This document shows, in pieces, positions 9,059-20,400 of a stretch of 64,000 nt of DNA (positions within the stretch are counted from its first letter, which is position 1; every line of letters starts with the position of its first letter). Under the pieces are notes generated by a model. That model was not told where the DNA came from. It searched no databases and saw only the letters and a list, made by a program, of their open reading frames with translations. This DNA comes from Candidatus Latescibacterota bacterium. GTDB lineage: Bacteria > Latescibacterota > UBA2968 > UBA8231. Both the position numbers and the translations under genes were made by a program. The DNA lies in assembly GCA_965223905.1 (NCBI GenBank), contig CBDCXV010000011.1, forward strand, positions 2,048,001 through 2,112,000, given 5' to 3'.

Positions 9059-11012
9059 ATACATACAGACGGTTCGCCGAGGAGAGAAATGCAGTACTCG
9101 TCCTGCCAAAAAAAACAAACGACCGAGACCTTCGATCCCCTTGGCACCTCGTCGCAATCGACGTTATCCACGACTTGCTGAAAACCGCACTCAAGAGTTG
9201 ACCGCAGCAACCCCGGCACCCCCTCCTTTTGCCTTTCGTTCACCCCCCCATGCACAGCCCGCTTCGAGAGAAAATCCGAGTGGGCAGGTTGGACCAGTGC
9301 CATCGCTGCTGTTCGTCCTGGGGTAGGCCACTAAGCCGCTACAGGATAGGACAATACCTATTCGGCAGTGTATATGGTCCACGTTACAGGAATTCATTTA
9401 GAAGATGAACCTCCTTGTAGGATGGTCCTTATGTCGTGACGGTGGGTTTCTACGAATCGGAGCCTTGTCTGTAAATCTCCCAATTGCAACGGGATTTCAA
9501 GACCGTCCGCGTTTTGAAAATATTCATGCATTCTTCTCATGGCCTCATCATCCTTTTTTACAAACTCCTTGTACCTCGCAGCGCACTCGGGACATAAAGC
9601 GAGAAACTGGGCTTCGTGTTCCTTGGTCAAATAGTCTTTAGAGAGAGCTTCCACTGCTTCAAAGTAGTACTCGCCATCGCGTTTCTTGAACGACATTTCC
9701 TTTTGACAAATTTGACAACACATCTTCCCGCTGGTATTTGTATATTGCTCGCTAAGCCATGTACGAGTGTAGGCGGTCGCCTCAGTTATTCGAACGGACC
9801 TTCTGCGCGGCTCGTAGTCTTTGGTTGCGGCATCGTGAAGTTTTTCGGTAAGTCTTTCCCATCGACGATCAGGGTTTCTCACTGCCCTTGTCGGGAATTC
9901 GGTTTGTCTGAGCTGATCTCTCAGCTCATTTGGAGATTTTCCCTGTTTCCTCAAAAGGTCAAGGATTTCGGCCATTTGTTCCGCTTCGTGGACAGAACTG
10001 AAACCTAGATTCTTGGCTTGTAGGTTCCGTGTAAATTCCTTCGCTTGCGGCCGAGTCTGCTCGTCTCTCGCCTTTTTTGCCGTTTCTCCGAATTCAATCG
10101 TTTTGAGCCACTTCTTTCCTGTATCATATGTGAATCCATCGGGAAGACATTCAATTAGGGCATCTCCGGGACGGACAAAGCTATGCGAATCTCCATTTCC
10201 CTGTGGCACCCATTCTGCCTCTCTCAGATCATGTACGAGGCTTGAGGCTCCGCAATGGAATCCTCGACTTCTGCTTTTTCGGTACCTTGCTTCCAAACAA
10301 CTATCATCGAGCGAGTTCATCGTTCGCCAGATCAGTCGCGACTTATCGAGATCGGGTTTATCGAATAAAACCTTAAATTCAGAAATCGTGTAATCGAGAT
10401 CGATCCAATCGCGGAATCGGTCGCCAGGAGCAGATATCAAATGAGAATATTCGGGATGACTATCTGGAATCATTTGCTCATTGACCTGCAGCTGTGTCTG
10501 AGCACCCACCGCTCTGGCAAATTTCCCAAGTTTTTCCAGGTCAATCCCGAGCTTTGCATAAGCCGAGGAGAGCCCCCATTTGCTTGCCTGTTCACTCCGC
10601 GCTTTGTAGTAGGCGCTCAATCCCGTATCCAGATAGGGTAAATCAAGATAAACCATACCAGGTTTTCCCCACCACGTTTTCCCATCCAGGTTCTTATCAA
10701 TTTTGAAAATATAGAAATCTCGAAACAGGTCTGCCTGACCGTGGTTCTCCTCCACTAATGAGATAAATCTAACAATGTCTTGTTCATGGTTTTCTCCCGT
10801 AAGTGATGTTTCTATATATCGCCGTTTCAGAATCTCCCTTACGCGATCTGTTTCCTGAACTTCACAGACACCTATTTTTTCAAGAAAGTTATAGGCTTTT
10901 TCCTGCAAATTCTGGTCTTTTCCGGACGAATATACGGCTTTGGAGACACGAGGAAATATATCGTCGTTATCCAAATCATCACTTGGAAAGTAGCAGTCTC
11001 TCCCTTTTTTAT

Positions 11013-12476
11013 GGCTATATACGGGTTTTTCAACGTGGTATTTATAGCGTTTCCCCAATGAGATTTTTAGGGTTTCATACTGTACGGAATCGGGCCGGAA
11101 TCTGCGCAGGGATATCGAGGTCTCCGACGCACAGGTAAATCAGGTCGGCAAAGGCATCCAGAGTTTTAAATCCACTGGCTCGATTCTTGACCATGCGGAT
11201 AATGCGATTGAGCCCTTCGGCGGCGGCGTTGGTCAGGTGCGTGTCGACGAAGGCGGTGATGCCGGCCGCCTGCTTGCGCACCGTGTTGACGAACTTGCGC
11301 AGGGGCTGCAGGCGGCTGCGCAGGGCCGCCGTCGTCCACTTCTTGAGGAAGCGTTCGGCGGCCCAGCGCGCCTTGTAGCGCCAGAAGTGCTCGAACTCGT
11401 CCTTCAGGCGCCAGGCGCGGTAGATGCGGCGGTTGGCCTTCTCCAGGGTTTGGAGCGTGCGCCGATCCTTTCGCGAGCGCTGGGCGGAGTGATGCAGCAG
11501 CACCCAGCGCAGGCCCTTGAGCAGCTTGCGGTCCTCGCCACAGGCTTGCCGCCACTGCTCCTTGCGCACCTCGTCGACGGCTTCGTTGAGGGCCTTGACG
11601 ACGTGGAATCGGTCCAGGACCAACTCGGCGTTGGGACCATGCTGCCGGATGGCGCCGATGAAGGTCTCGCTCAGGTCGCAGCAGGCCCAGCGGATGCGGT
11701 CCTTCTGGAAGGCGCTGAGATGGTCCCGGAAAAACGCGTCGATGGTCTTCCGTGCCTTGCCCTTGCCGACCCAGACGACACGGGAGCGTTCCAGGTCGTA
11801 GACCAGGGTAGCGTATTTATGGCCCTTGGCGTAGGAGATCTCGTCGATGCCGAGGGTCTTCAGCCGGCGGATGCGGTGCCCCGTACGCCGGCGCTCGATG
11901 AGCCGGTGCAGCTGGTCGGACAGGGTCGACGGGGCCAGACCCAGCAGGCGCGCGGCGGCGGCCTGCGTCATCCACTGGCAGTACCTCAGCAGCAGGTATT
12001 CGAAGCGGTAGCTGACCTGGGCCGAGGGCGCCGCCCAGGGCACCTCCTCGACGCGACGGCCGTGGGTCGGGCAGCGGATCTCCCGAGGGGCGTGGTGCAA
12101 CCAGAGGGTACGGCCGCAAACGCGGACGTCGCGCCAGCGGCGGAACTCCATGACCTGTACGATCTTGCCGCGGCGCCCACACTCGGGACACCGGCACCCG
12201 TTCCTTTGGGGCTTCACCGCGACCACGACGGCCGCTTCTTCCCCGTGTCCTTCGAAGCACACGCCCACCGCGCGAAATCCCTTGAATTGGAACAGCTTGG
12301 AGACGAACTTCATAGCGGTCATAGGTCGCCTTCCCTTCCCTTTCTTGGGGAGTGCTTGATGGGGATACACCAAGCATAGGGAACGACCTATGGCCTTGTC
12401 ATGTACTCAGATGGACAGCAAGGGCTCAGGTACTTTCCGTACTTACGTTTCGGCGTTGAAAAACCCGGATAGACCC
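11013..12476 (-). mobile_element. Complete ISL3-family insertion sequence
   Basis: 23-bp imperfect IRs (GGCTATATACGGGTTTTTCAACG / GGGTCTATCCGGGTTTTTCAACG, 20/23 match); 8-bp TSD TTTTTTAT at 11005-11012 and 12477-12484. Confidence 0.95.
11075..12373 (-). CDS. ISL3 family transposase
   Basis: CRCPECG zinc finger, LGIDEIS, VLDRFHVVK, TNAAAEGLN…IRMVKNRASGF; the start may be 12322. Confidence 0.95.
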   Translation of the reverse strand: MVYPHQALPKKGKGRRPMTAMKFVSKLFQFKGFRAVGVCFEGHGEEAAVVVAVKPQRNGCRCPECGRRGKIVQVMEFRRWRDVRVCGRTLWLHHAPREIRCPTHGRRVEEVPWAAPSAQVSYRFEYLLLRYCQWMTQAAAARLLGLAPSTLSDQLHRLIERRRTGHRIRRLKTLGIDEISYAKGHKYATLVYDLERSRVVWVGKGKARKTIDAFFRDHLSAFQKDRIRWACCDLSETFIGAIRQHGPNAELVLDRFHVVKALNEAVDEVRKEQWRQACGEDRKLLKGLRWVLLHHSAQRSRKDRRTLQTLEKANRRIYRAWRLKDEFEHFWRYKARWAAERFLKKWTTAALRSRLQPLRKFVNTVRKQAAGITAFVDTHLTNAAAEGLNRIIRMVKNRASGFKTLDAFADLIYLCVGDLDIPAQIPARFRTV

Positions 12477-13984
12477 TTTTTTATAGGTGCCATCACTGAT
12501 GCGAACGATCGCAAGATACCGGAGCTTATATAGGCAGCTTTGTCGTCGTTTCGACAGAAATTCTCCAAGTAACGCATAGAATTCCTGATGCCATTCGTTC
12601 GTTTTCCTCTTCAACCACGTCTCGATCAATTCAGGTTTTTCAGACAGGTGATCTGAAAGATCTTCCTCATCCAATTCGGAAATTTCAAGAAGGGATAGAA
12701 AATTATCTTCACGCTGGTTCCGTTGCGGAGCATTTGCAGCCCATAGAGGCAGAGATTTATCCTCTTCAAGAATCGTAGCCAGATCTTCGTCCTTGAGTAG
12801 TTCAGACAACTGCCTGCTTCCGCGATATATTCCTGGCGCCGCAGCATGGCCACCGTGTTTCATTGGCGTCAGTTTCTCGTTCTTGAACACCTCCACCAAT
12901 TTTTCTTGGATAGGCTTGTAAAATGCCTCCAAGGCGTCGGGGTCATTGGGCAACACTGCCAGAAATGCCACGTCCAGCAATTCCTGGTTACAGATAACGC
13001 TAATAGATTCTGCGACCAAATCTGCAAGATGGTCCCGTAGTTCGTCATTTGCTGGACAATCGCGGACGCTATCGCGGGCAACGGTAGAGGCAAACGGCGC
13101 GTGAAGATGAAACCGCAGTTTTGATGTTTCCTTTTCGGCGGGGAAATAGATACAGACCTTTCCTCTGCCTAATGGCTGGATTCTCCATCCTTGTTCCTTA
13201 CTGCTTTCCATGCCAAAGGCCACAGCAATTCGACATGATTTCAGATCTCCCTCGTCTTCGTCTTTGACATCAACCACTTTTTCAAAGCGAAGATAGTGAA
13301 ATGTATCAGGTGGTAAGTTCTCGGTACGCCAAACAGAAATTTCAATGCGATCTCCATCCTCCTCCATTCGTTCCAGTGATCCCGATTTCGAATCAGGCAG
13401 CCGATATTCTATCTTTCGTATGTTTTTGAGAAAGAGTAATGCGCCTTCATCCAACTGCCGGAGACTTTTCTCAATCTCAGCACAAGCCTTTTCAGGGGGC
13501 TTTTGGGGATTGTCGAATGGAAAAAGGAAATAAGTTCTGTTCTCATCGAGTTTTCTTGGTGACAGACCTTCCGTATCAGGCACAAGCAAGTTCCGGATGC
13601 GAAAATGGTACTCGCCAGACTTAATTTCTGGCGTGGAGGTATAGGCAAACACAGCCTTGAATCCAACGCCAAATTCGCCGATGCTGGTAGAATCATCTTT
13701 TTTGGTAGTATCGCCGATACTTGTTATGGATTTTACATCTTCTATTGAGAAGAGCCGATTTCCATCGTGCTCGAACTGGACACTGTCAGAATTTAGAATG
13801 AATCGGACTTCCGACGCCTCCGCGTCCTCGGCATTCTGAAGAAGCTCGTAGATAAAATGGGCGTTGTCTGGATAGAGGTCCGTCAGCAAACGCTTGATGC
13901 CATCTTCAAAGTCGTTCTCTCGAATAGCTTCGACCCATTTTTTGCGTTTTTCAGATAGTTGCTGGACGGCTTCCAATGACATCG

Positions 13985-16900
13985 CTAATCTCCATCCAGC
14001 TCGATTACGCCATACGCCACCGGCTCGGCGATAATATCCGCCTTCTCCAGAGCAGTTTCCAAATCTTGGATGCGCCGCTTGTAATCTGCCTCAGCAGCCG
14101 CGATTTGTGACCGCCGCATTCGTTGCAGTTTCTCATCGCTGGCCTGAGCGAGTTGCTCCGCTAGCAATGCCATCCGCCCCTGGTGGCTTTTCCACAGACT
14201 TTCCCTGCGATAATCGGCGAGCTCTCCCGTCCGTTGTCGATGATCTTTCTTCGCTCGCGACCACACCGAATAATGCTGCTCGTCGAGGGCGTCCCACACC
14301 GGAGAGCCGCTACCCGGCGGATCAGCAACCGAAGTATCAACCGCTTTTTCAAGCAATTTTCCCAAGTGCGGCGTTACCGCCTCTGACGAGGCTATCGGCT
14401 TGAGCACCAGATCCTCCCGAATGCCGTGGAACTGCCACTGATATACAGCAAATTCATACCGGCCTGTAGGGACCTCGTTGCTCTGTGCCTTCAGCCCGGT
14501 TAACACTCGTTTTCCGGTCTTTAGCGACCGGGCTGCCTGCTTCACCAAGGGATGGAGAGGCGTGATAAACGCAGCGTCAGGATGTTGCCTTGCGCAGTCC
14601 CCCTCCAGGGTTATTGACAAATGGGGATCGCTCCCCTTCAGCCACTTTTCCCATGCCCGGTATTCAGGACCGTTCTTTTCCGGAAGTTCCTGGAAATCGC
14701 GAAACAGGGCAGTTCTCGCCTCCTGCGATAGCCGGAGTGTTTTCAAAGCTTTTTCGCCGAGAATGAATCCCCGTTCCTCTCCGCAGATTCCGTTCAAATA
14801 ATTCGCAACTAGCCTTTGTATAGAGGCAGGGGACAGCCAGAAGCTGGAAGCGTCTTCAACCTCCTTTTTCATCTGGTCTTCAGGCAGGCGGATGCCGAAA
14901 AGCTCCAGCTGCTGCTGTTCGAGTTTTTCCTGTTCCTTTACCAACCGGATTTTGTTATCGGCCAACTGTTGCAGCCTGGCCCTCCGGTCCTCTTCGCCCA
15001 AGGCGTAGTTCTCCGCGATGGTTTTTATCTCCTTGGAGATTTCCCCCAGGATTTCTTCGCTGCCGCCCAAGGCGTTCTCGAACACCCCGATGCGAACCAG
15101 ACAGCGTTCATAGATGTCGGCATCCACTGTTCCCGGGGTGATCAGGTTGACAATGGCTACGGTCTTGCTCTTTTGGCCCACCCGGTCAATGCGGCCGATG
15201 CGTTGCTCGACGCGCATTGGATTCCACGGCAAGTCGTAGTTGACGATGCAGTCGCAGAACTGGTAGTCCAACCCTTCGCAACCGATTTCCGAGAACAGCA
15301 AGACATCGAGCGCGTCGTTAGCTTCTCGCGGCTGCTCAAAACGGCTTCTGAGCACAATGCGATCTTCATCCGGTGTCCCGCCGTGGACCATGCCGACCCG
15401 AAACCCGTCTGTTTTCAGATGTTCGTACAGGTATGAAAGAGTGTGCCGGAAGCTGCTGAACAGCATCACCTTGTTGTTGGGCAAGCGTTGCTTTTCGCCG
15501 ATGATGTTGCGAAGGGCTTCCAGCTTCGGGTCGTGAGGATCAAGGCTGCGCGCCTGTTCAAGGACAGCTTGAATCCTCCCCTGGATGGAGCCGATGGTCT
15601 CCCCGGGCGGGACCGTCCCCATATCGTCGGCTTCCTCCCATTCCAGTTCGTCGAGGTGACGGTTCAGAATGCTCTCGAGGAACGGGACCAGCCCATACAG
15701 GCAACTCGCCGCTTGTCGCCTGATCGTGGTCAACAGGAACTTTACGTTGATGTCGTCGTGTAGCCGGCGAAATATGTCCGCCTGGACCTGGAGCAATTCG
15801 TCGTGGAGCTGTTGCTGGGGGGTAGTGAATGCAACCATTACCGTTTCCGGTTTTCTGACGGTAAACGCACCGATGTCGCGCCGTCGCGTCCGGTTTATGA
15901 TCCCTGCAAAGGTGTGCAATGCCTCCGTATCGGTGATGAGTTGGACCCTTTCGTCGGCTGCTACGCTGCCCTCCGCAAGCTGTTCTTTTATACGGTTGAA
16001 CTCAGGATTTGCCTTGAGCATCGTCTGTCCCCAAGCAGTTGCTGCGGCCTTGTCCAGAGCTTGGGTCGCCTGAGCTGTCCAGTCGGGTGGCTGGGCGCGC
16101 ACCTGGTGGACCGCCTCGTTGATAAACGGATTGGGAGCCGCGATATGCTCGAACGTCTCCTCGTCCAGAATGAGGTCGGGGCGCAACGTATTCAGCAGTA
16201 CGAACAGATCGTGGTTGCCGAGTTGGATCGGGGTGGCAGTGAGAAAGACCACCGCTTCCGCATGGTCGCAGAAAAAACGCACCGCCTTGTGCGCGAAGGT
16301 GTGCTGGTTGCGGATGCGGTGGGCTTCATCGACAATCACGAGATCGAAGCGCGGCGGCGGGTCCAGGTCCAAAAGCCCTTTTCCGCGCCTTCGCGTCCGG
16401 TTGCCTTCGGGACCGTAAAGGAGGGCCTCGTCAAACAGCGAATAGGGAAGAATCGCCTTCTGGTGCCGCTCGGGCCACTCCCCTTCCAGGTTTATCTCAC
16501 TGATGCAGTATCGCAGGGTGGGGCCGTCGAGATGAGTGAATCGCTCGTCGAACCGTTTCATCTCAAGCTCCCACTTGCGCTCGATTACCAGTTGGCGGGG
16601 ACAGACGACGAGCACCGATTGGATTTCCCGCCTTGCCTGCAATTCCCGCAGAATCAGTCCAGCTTCGATGGTTTTGCCGACTCCGACGCCATCGGCGATC
16701 AGCAGTCGCGGACGATCCGATCGGATGAACTTGAGCACCGGGCGGAACTGGTAGGGGATGAAGTCGACCCGTGCTGCGTTCAGCGAATACAGGGTCGACA
16801 GATTGGGATGGCGTATTTGCAGGGCGGTCAGGCAGGCGTGAAACTGTTCGGAAGAGAGGAGCGAGACCGCATCCCCTTGATCGTCGGCCTGCAACTGAGA

Positions 16901-17134
16901 GGCGTAATACGTCTGAACGTTGCTACCGACAAAAACCTTGATGCGGTCTTCGGGGGTCCCCGGGACTACTTCGACAACTGCTCCCTTGACGGATGGGTTG
17001 GACGCGAGGCAAACGAGCTGGCCTGGGGCAAACTCCGCTTGGGGTCGACTGTCAGAAGTTGGTAACTGCAACTCTGCCCCTTCACGGAAGAATTTTCCTC
17101 TCTCGGCCCTGGAAAAATCATATTCCTGTTTCAT
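13985..17134 (-). CDS. SNF2/RapA-like helicase with an N-terminal BrnA-type antitoxin peptide
   Basis: LLIADGVGVGKTIEAG, DEAH, LTATP, EGLDYQF, NYDLPWNPMRVEQRIGRIDRVGQ; begins MKQEYDFSRAERGKFFREGAELQLP. Confidence 0.9.
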   Translation of the reverse strand: MKQEYDFSRAERGKFFREGAELQLPTSDSRPQAEFAPGQLVCLASNPSVKGAVVEVVPGTPEDRIKVFVGSNVQTYYASQLQADDQGDAVSLLSSEQFHACLTALQIRHPNLSTLYSLNAARVDFIPYQFRPVLKFIRSDRPRLLIADGVGVGKTIEAGLILRELQARREIQSVLVVCPRQLVIERKWELEMKRFDERFTHLDGPTLRYCISEINLEGEWPERHQKAILPYSLFDEALLYGPEGNRTRRRGKGLLDLDPPPRFDLVIVDEAHRIRNQHTFAHKAVRFFCDHAEAVVFLTATPIQLGNHDLFVLLNTLRPDLILDEETFEHIAAPNPFINEAVHQVRAQPPDWTAQATQALDKAAATAWGQTMLKANPEFNRIKEQLAEGSVAADERVQLITDTEALHTFAGIINRTRRRDIGAFTVRKPETVMVAFTTPQQQLHDELLQVQADIFRRLHDDINVKFLLTTIRRQAASCLYGLVPFLESILNRHLDELEWEEADDMGTVPPGETIGSIQGRIQAVLEQARSLDPHDPKLEALRNIIGEKQRLPNNKVMLFSSFRHTLSYLYEHLKTDGFRVGMVHGGTPDEDRIVLRSRFEQPREANDALDVLLFSEIGCEGLDYQFCDCIVNYDLPWNPMRVEQRIGRIDRVGQKSKTVAIVNLITPGTVDADIYERCLVRIGVFENALGGSEEILGEISKEIKTIAENYALGEEDRRARLQQLADNKIRLVKEQEKLEQQQLELFGIRLPEDQMKKEVEDASSFWLSPASIQRLVANYLNGICGEERGFILGEKALKTLRLSQEARTALFRDFQELPEKNGPEYRAWEKWLKGSDPHLSITLEGDCARQHPDAAFITPLHPLVKQAARSLKTGKRVLTGLKAQSNEVPTGRYEFAVYQWQFHGIREDLVLKPIASSEAVTPHLGKLLEKAVDTSVADPPGSGSPVWDALDEQHYSVWSRAKKDHRQRTGELADYRRESLWKSHQGRMALLAEQLAQASDEKLQRMRRSQIAAAEADYKRRIQDLETALEKADIIAEPVAYGVIELDGD

Positions 17135-17420
17135 TGTACTGCCTTGCTTCATTGGTGGTTGCCTTGCGTGCGGAGATCAGCCGTATCCGGCCGCTTGAGG
17201 CAGTCTCTTCGCGATACGTATGACAAACGACCAGTAAACTACCTGTCCGATCCAGGCCAAGAGTGATCCACCGGGCCTCGTCCAAGCTGTGTTCCTCGTC
17301 GAACTCAGAGAGCGCTCGCGGATCCTGAAAAACGGTAGCAGCACGTTCGAACGTAATCCCATGGGCCCTGAGATTCTGTTCTGCCTTGCTGGAATCCCAT
17401 TCAAACTTATGCTGAAACAA
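17118..17420 (-). CDS. brnT: BrnT-family (DUF497) ribonuclease toxin
   Basis: FEWDSSKAEQNLRAHGITFERAATVFQDP…EEHS…EARWITLG…RIRLISARKAT..E. Confidence 0.9.
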   Translation of the reverse strand: MFQHKFEWDSSKAEQNLRAHGITFERAATVFQDPRALSEFDEEHSLDEARWITLGLDRTGSLLVVCHTYREETASSGRIRLISARKATTNEARQYNETGI

Positions 17421-17469
17421 ATGAGGCGCACCCCGTCAACCGGACAGAAGTGGGCTGAAATACACCCCT

Positions 17470-20400
17470 TCAGTCCACCACCACCGCCGGAAGGCCGGAC
17501 TCCCGGACCTGTTCGTTGAACGCGGCCAACTCAGTTTCAGCGAAGCGGTCGAGGCGGCCCTGGATCTCATCGAGCTGCGCCGACAGGTCGTCGAACAGCT
17601 CGCGCGCCTGCCGGGGCGGCGCCGCGTCGGCGATCCCGACGACGCTGGCCACGGTGGCGAGCTTGGAGATCAGCTGCCGCGGCAGACGCAGGATGTCGGC
17701 CGGCGATTCGTCACCGATCTGCACGAGCAGCGCCTCGATCTCCGTCAGCTCGTCGCACAGCTTACCGGCGCTCTCGGCGATTTCCCCGGCCCCGCCCTCC
17801 TCCGCCCTTCCCTTCCATTCCAGCAGCTGCCGCTGGATTCTGCGGATGCGGTCGACGGCCTGGTTCCCCTGCTCGACCCGGTCGCGGACCGCGGACCCGA
17901 GCTGGAACTGCGCCTCGAAGTCGGCCTGCGTCGCCGACACGCGCGGGTCCTTGACGACCTCGAACGATTGCTCGAAGGTCGCGTCCCCCACCTTGAGCTG
18001 CACCTGGTACCTGCCCGGGGGGGCCACCTGCCCCTGGCCCTTCCCCGGGGGGGCGACCAGGCCCTTGGGATCGCCGCGGACCGGGCTCTCTTCCGAGATC
18101 TTCTCCGCACCCGGATAGCGCAGGTCCCAGACGAAGCGGTTCAGGCCGGCCTCGGCGGGAGCATGGAGCTCCTGCTTCTGCTTTTCCTTCTCCTCCTCCC
18201 CTTCCCCGTCATCGGCGTCGGGGACGCGGCTATTGAAGCTGCGCACCACTTCCCCCCCCGAGTCGCTGATCGTCAGCTCGATCGGCTCCTCCGGCTCCGC
18301 GGCTAGCGAGTAGTAGATGATCGCCCCTTTCGGCGGATTCTCCCCGGCGTCGAGCCATTTCCGCCCGACCTCGCCGTTGGCGTCCGTTTTAACGTAGTAC
18401 CCCGCGTTGGCTCCCAACCCCATCATGTAGTTCTTGACGCTCTCGTTGTCGCTGCGGAACATCGCCGCGGACCAGTGCAGGGTGTGGCGGATGGTCGTGC
18501 GCGGCGCGTACAGGGAATCGGCGCCCACCGCGGCCCCGGCTGCGAGGGCGCGCAGCGGCGTCAGGTCGTCGAGAATCCAGAAGGAGCGGCCGTGCGTGCC
18601 GGCGACCAGATCGCCGCGGACGATGGCGATGTCGTAGACCGGCACCACCGGCAGGTTGTTGCGCAGGGACAGCCAGGTGCCGCCGTCGTCCGGCGACCAG
18701 GCGATCCCGGTCTCGGTGCCGGCGTAGAGGAGTCCTGCCTGCTTCGGGTCCTCGCGGACGACGCGGCTGATCTCCCCTTCCGGGAAGCCCCCGGCGAGGG
18801 ATCGCCAGGTCTCGCCGTAGTTCTCGGTCTTGTACAGGTAAGCGCCGAAGTCGTCGAGCTTGTAGCGCGTCGCCGCCACGTACGCGGTGCCGGCCTCGTG
18901 GTGGGAGGCCTCGATGTTGGCCACCATCGTCCTCGGCTCGAGTTCCGGTGGGGTGACCTCCCGCCACTCGCCGCCGTTGTCGCGGCTGACGTGAACGAGC
19001 CCGTCGTCGCTTCCGGCCCACAACACCCCGGCCTCGAGCGGCGATTCCGCGAAGGCGTAGATCGTGCCGTATTGCTCGGCGCCGCTGGCGTCCTTGGTGA
19101 GCGGCCCCCCCGACGCCAGCAGGGTCTCGGCCTCGCCGCGCGTCAGGTCCGGGCTGATCGCCTCCCAGCTCGAGCCCTCGTCCCGGGTGCGGAAGAGGAT
19201 GTTGCCCGCGGCGTAGAGCACGTCCTCCTCGTGCTTCGAGAAGGCGATCGGGAAGGTCCAGTTGAAGCGGTACTTGAGGTCGGCGGTGTCGCTGCCGATC
19301 GACTCTTCCGGCCACACGTTGACGAGGCGGATCTGGCGGGTGTGGTGGTCGTAGCGCTGCAGCGCCCCGTTGCCCCCCGGGGAGCTGCCGATGGCTCCGA
19401 TGTAGACGATGCCGGGGTCCTTCGGGTCGACGGCGATGTCGCCGCTCTCCCCGGACCCGACCGGGTAGCAGTGCTGCCAGGAGATGCCGCCGAACTCGGT
19501 GGCGCTCGGCACGCTGATGCTCGAGTTGTCCTGCTGCGTGGCGCAGACCCGGTAGGGGAACTGGCTGTCGACGCTGATGCGGTAGAACTGGGAGGTCGGC
19601 TGGTTGTAGATCGTCGACCAGGACTCGCCGCCGTTGAGGGAAACGCAGGCGCCGCCGTCGTTCCCCTGGGCCATCCGCCGCGGATTGCGGGGGTCGATCC
19701 ACAGGTCGTGGTTGTCGCCGTGCGGGGTCGAGACCTCGCTGAAGGTCGCCCCGCCGTCCGTCGACTTCCACATCTTGAGGTTGAGGATGTAGAGGGTGTC
19801 GGCGTCCTGCGGGTCGGCGAAGACGTGGCAGTAGTAGAACGGGCGGTGGATGAGGTCGCGGTTGCCCGACACCAGGTCCCAGTTCTCGCCGCCGTCGTCC
19901 GACCGGTACAGCCCGGCTTTTTCCGCCTCGACGATGGCCCACACCCTTTGCGGGCGGGCCGGGGAAACGGCGACGCCGATCTTCCCCTTGATGCCCTTGG
20001 GAAGTCCCGGCCTGTCCGAGAGGTCCTCCCAGGTGTCGCCGCCGTCGCTCGTTTTGTGCAGGCCGCTGCCGGGGCCGCCGCTCGACATGTTCCAGAAGTT
20101 GCGGTACGCCTCCCAGATCGAAGCGTAGATGATCCTCGGGTTGTTCGGGTCCATCGACAGGTCGACCGCCCCCGCCCTGTCGCTCTCGAACAGGACCCGC
20201 TCCCACTCTGCACCGCCGTTGCGCGAGCGGTACACCCCGCGCTGGTCGTTGGGGCCGAACAGGTGGCCGAAGGCGGCGGCGTACACGAGGTCGGGGTCGC
20301 CCGGATGAACGCGGATCTTGCCGATGTGGCGGGTATCCTCCAGCCCGGTGTGGCTCCAGGTGCGGCCTCCGTCCGAGCTGCGGTACACCCCGTCCCCCCA

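Larger units (their letters stand above)
9394..13982 (-). pseudogene. Sacsin-like GHKL ATPase with a C-terminal Cys-rich/HNH-like domain (~1038 aa restored), interrupted by ISL3
   Basis: N-part LYPDNAHFIYELLQNAEDA…SIGEFGVGFKAVF; C-part CQICQKEM…LALCPECAARY. Removing 11005-12476 rejoins the frame as …RISDGTYKK|GRDCYFPSDD…. Confidence 0.88.

Noticed and set aside
5700-9390. Integron cassette array
   Set aside because: No integrase and no convincing attC sites between the genes.
9394-11058. Stand-alone 554-aa gene
   Set aside because: Its first codons lie inside the IS end; it is the 3' half of the interrupted gene.
7985-12476. Composite transposon bounded by the ISL3 scar and the intact ISL3
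   Set aside because: The flank before 7985 (TCATTTTT) does not match the TSD, and the intact IS has its own TSD pair.
13985-17134. DISARM (drmD) or housekeeping rapA assignment
   Set aside because: No drmABC or methylase nearby, and the context is an accessory island, so no gene symbol was given.
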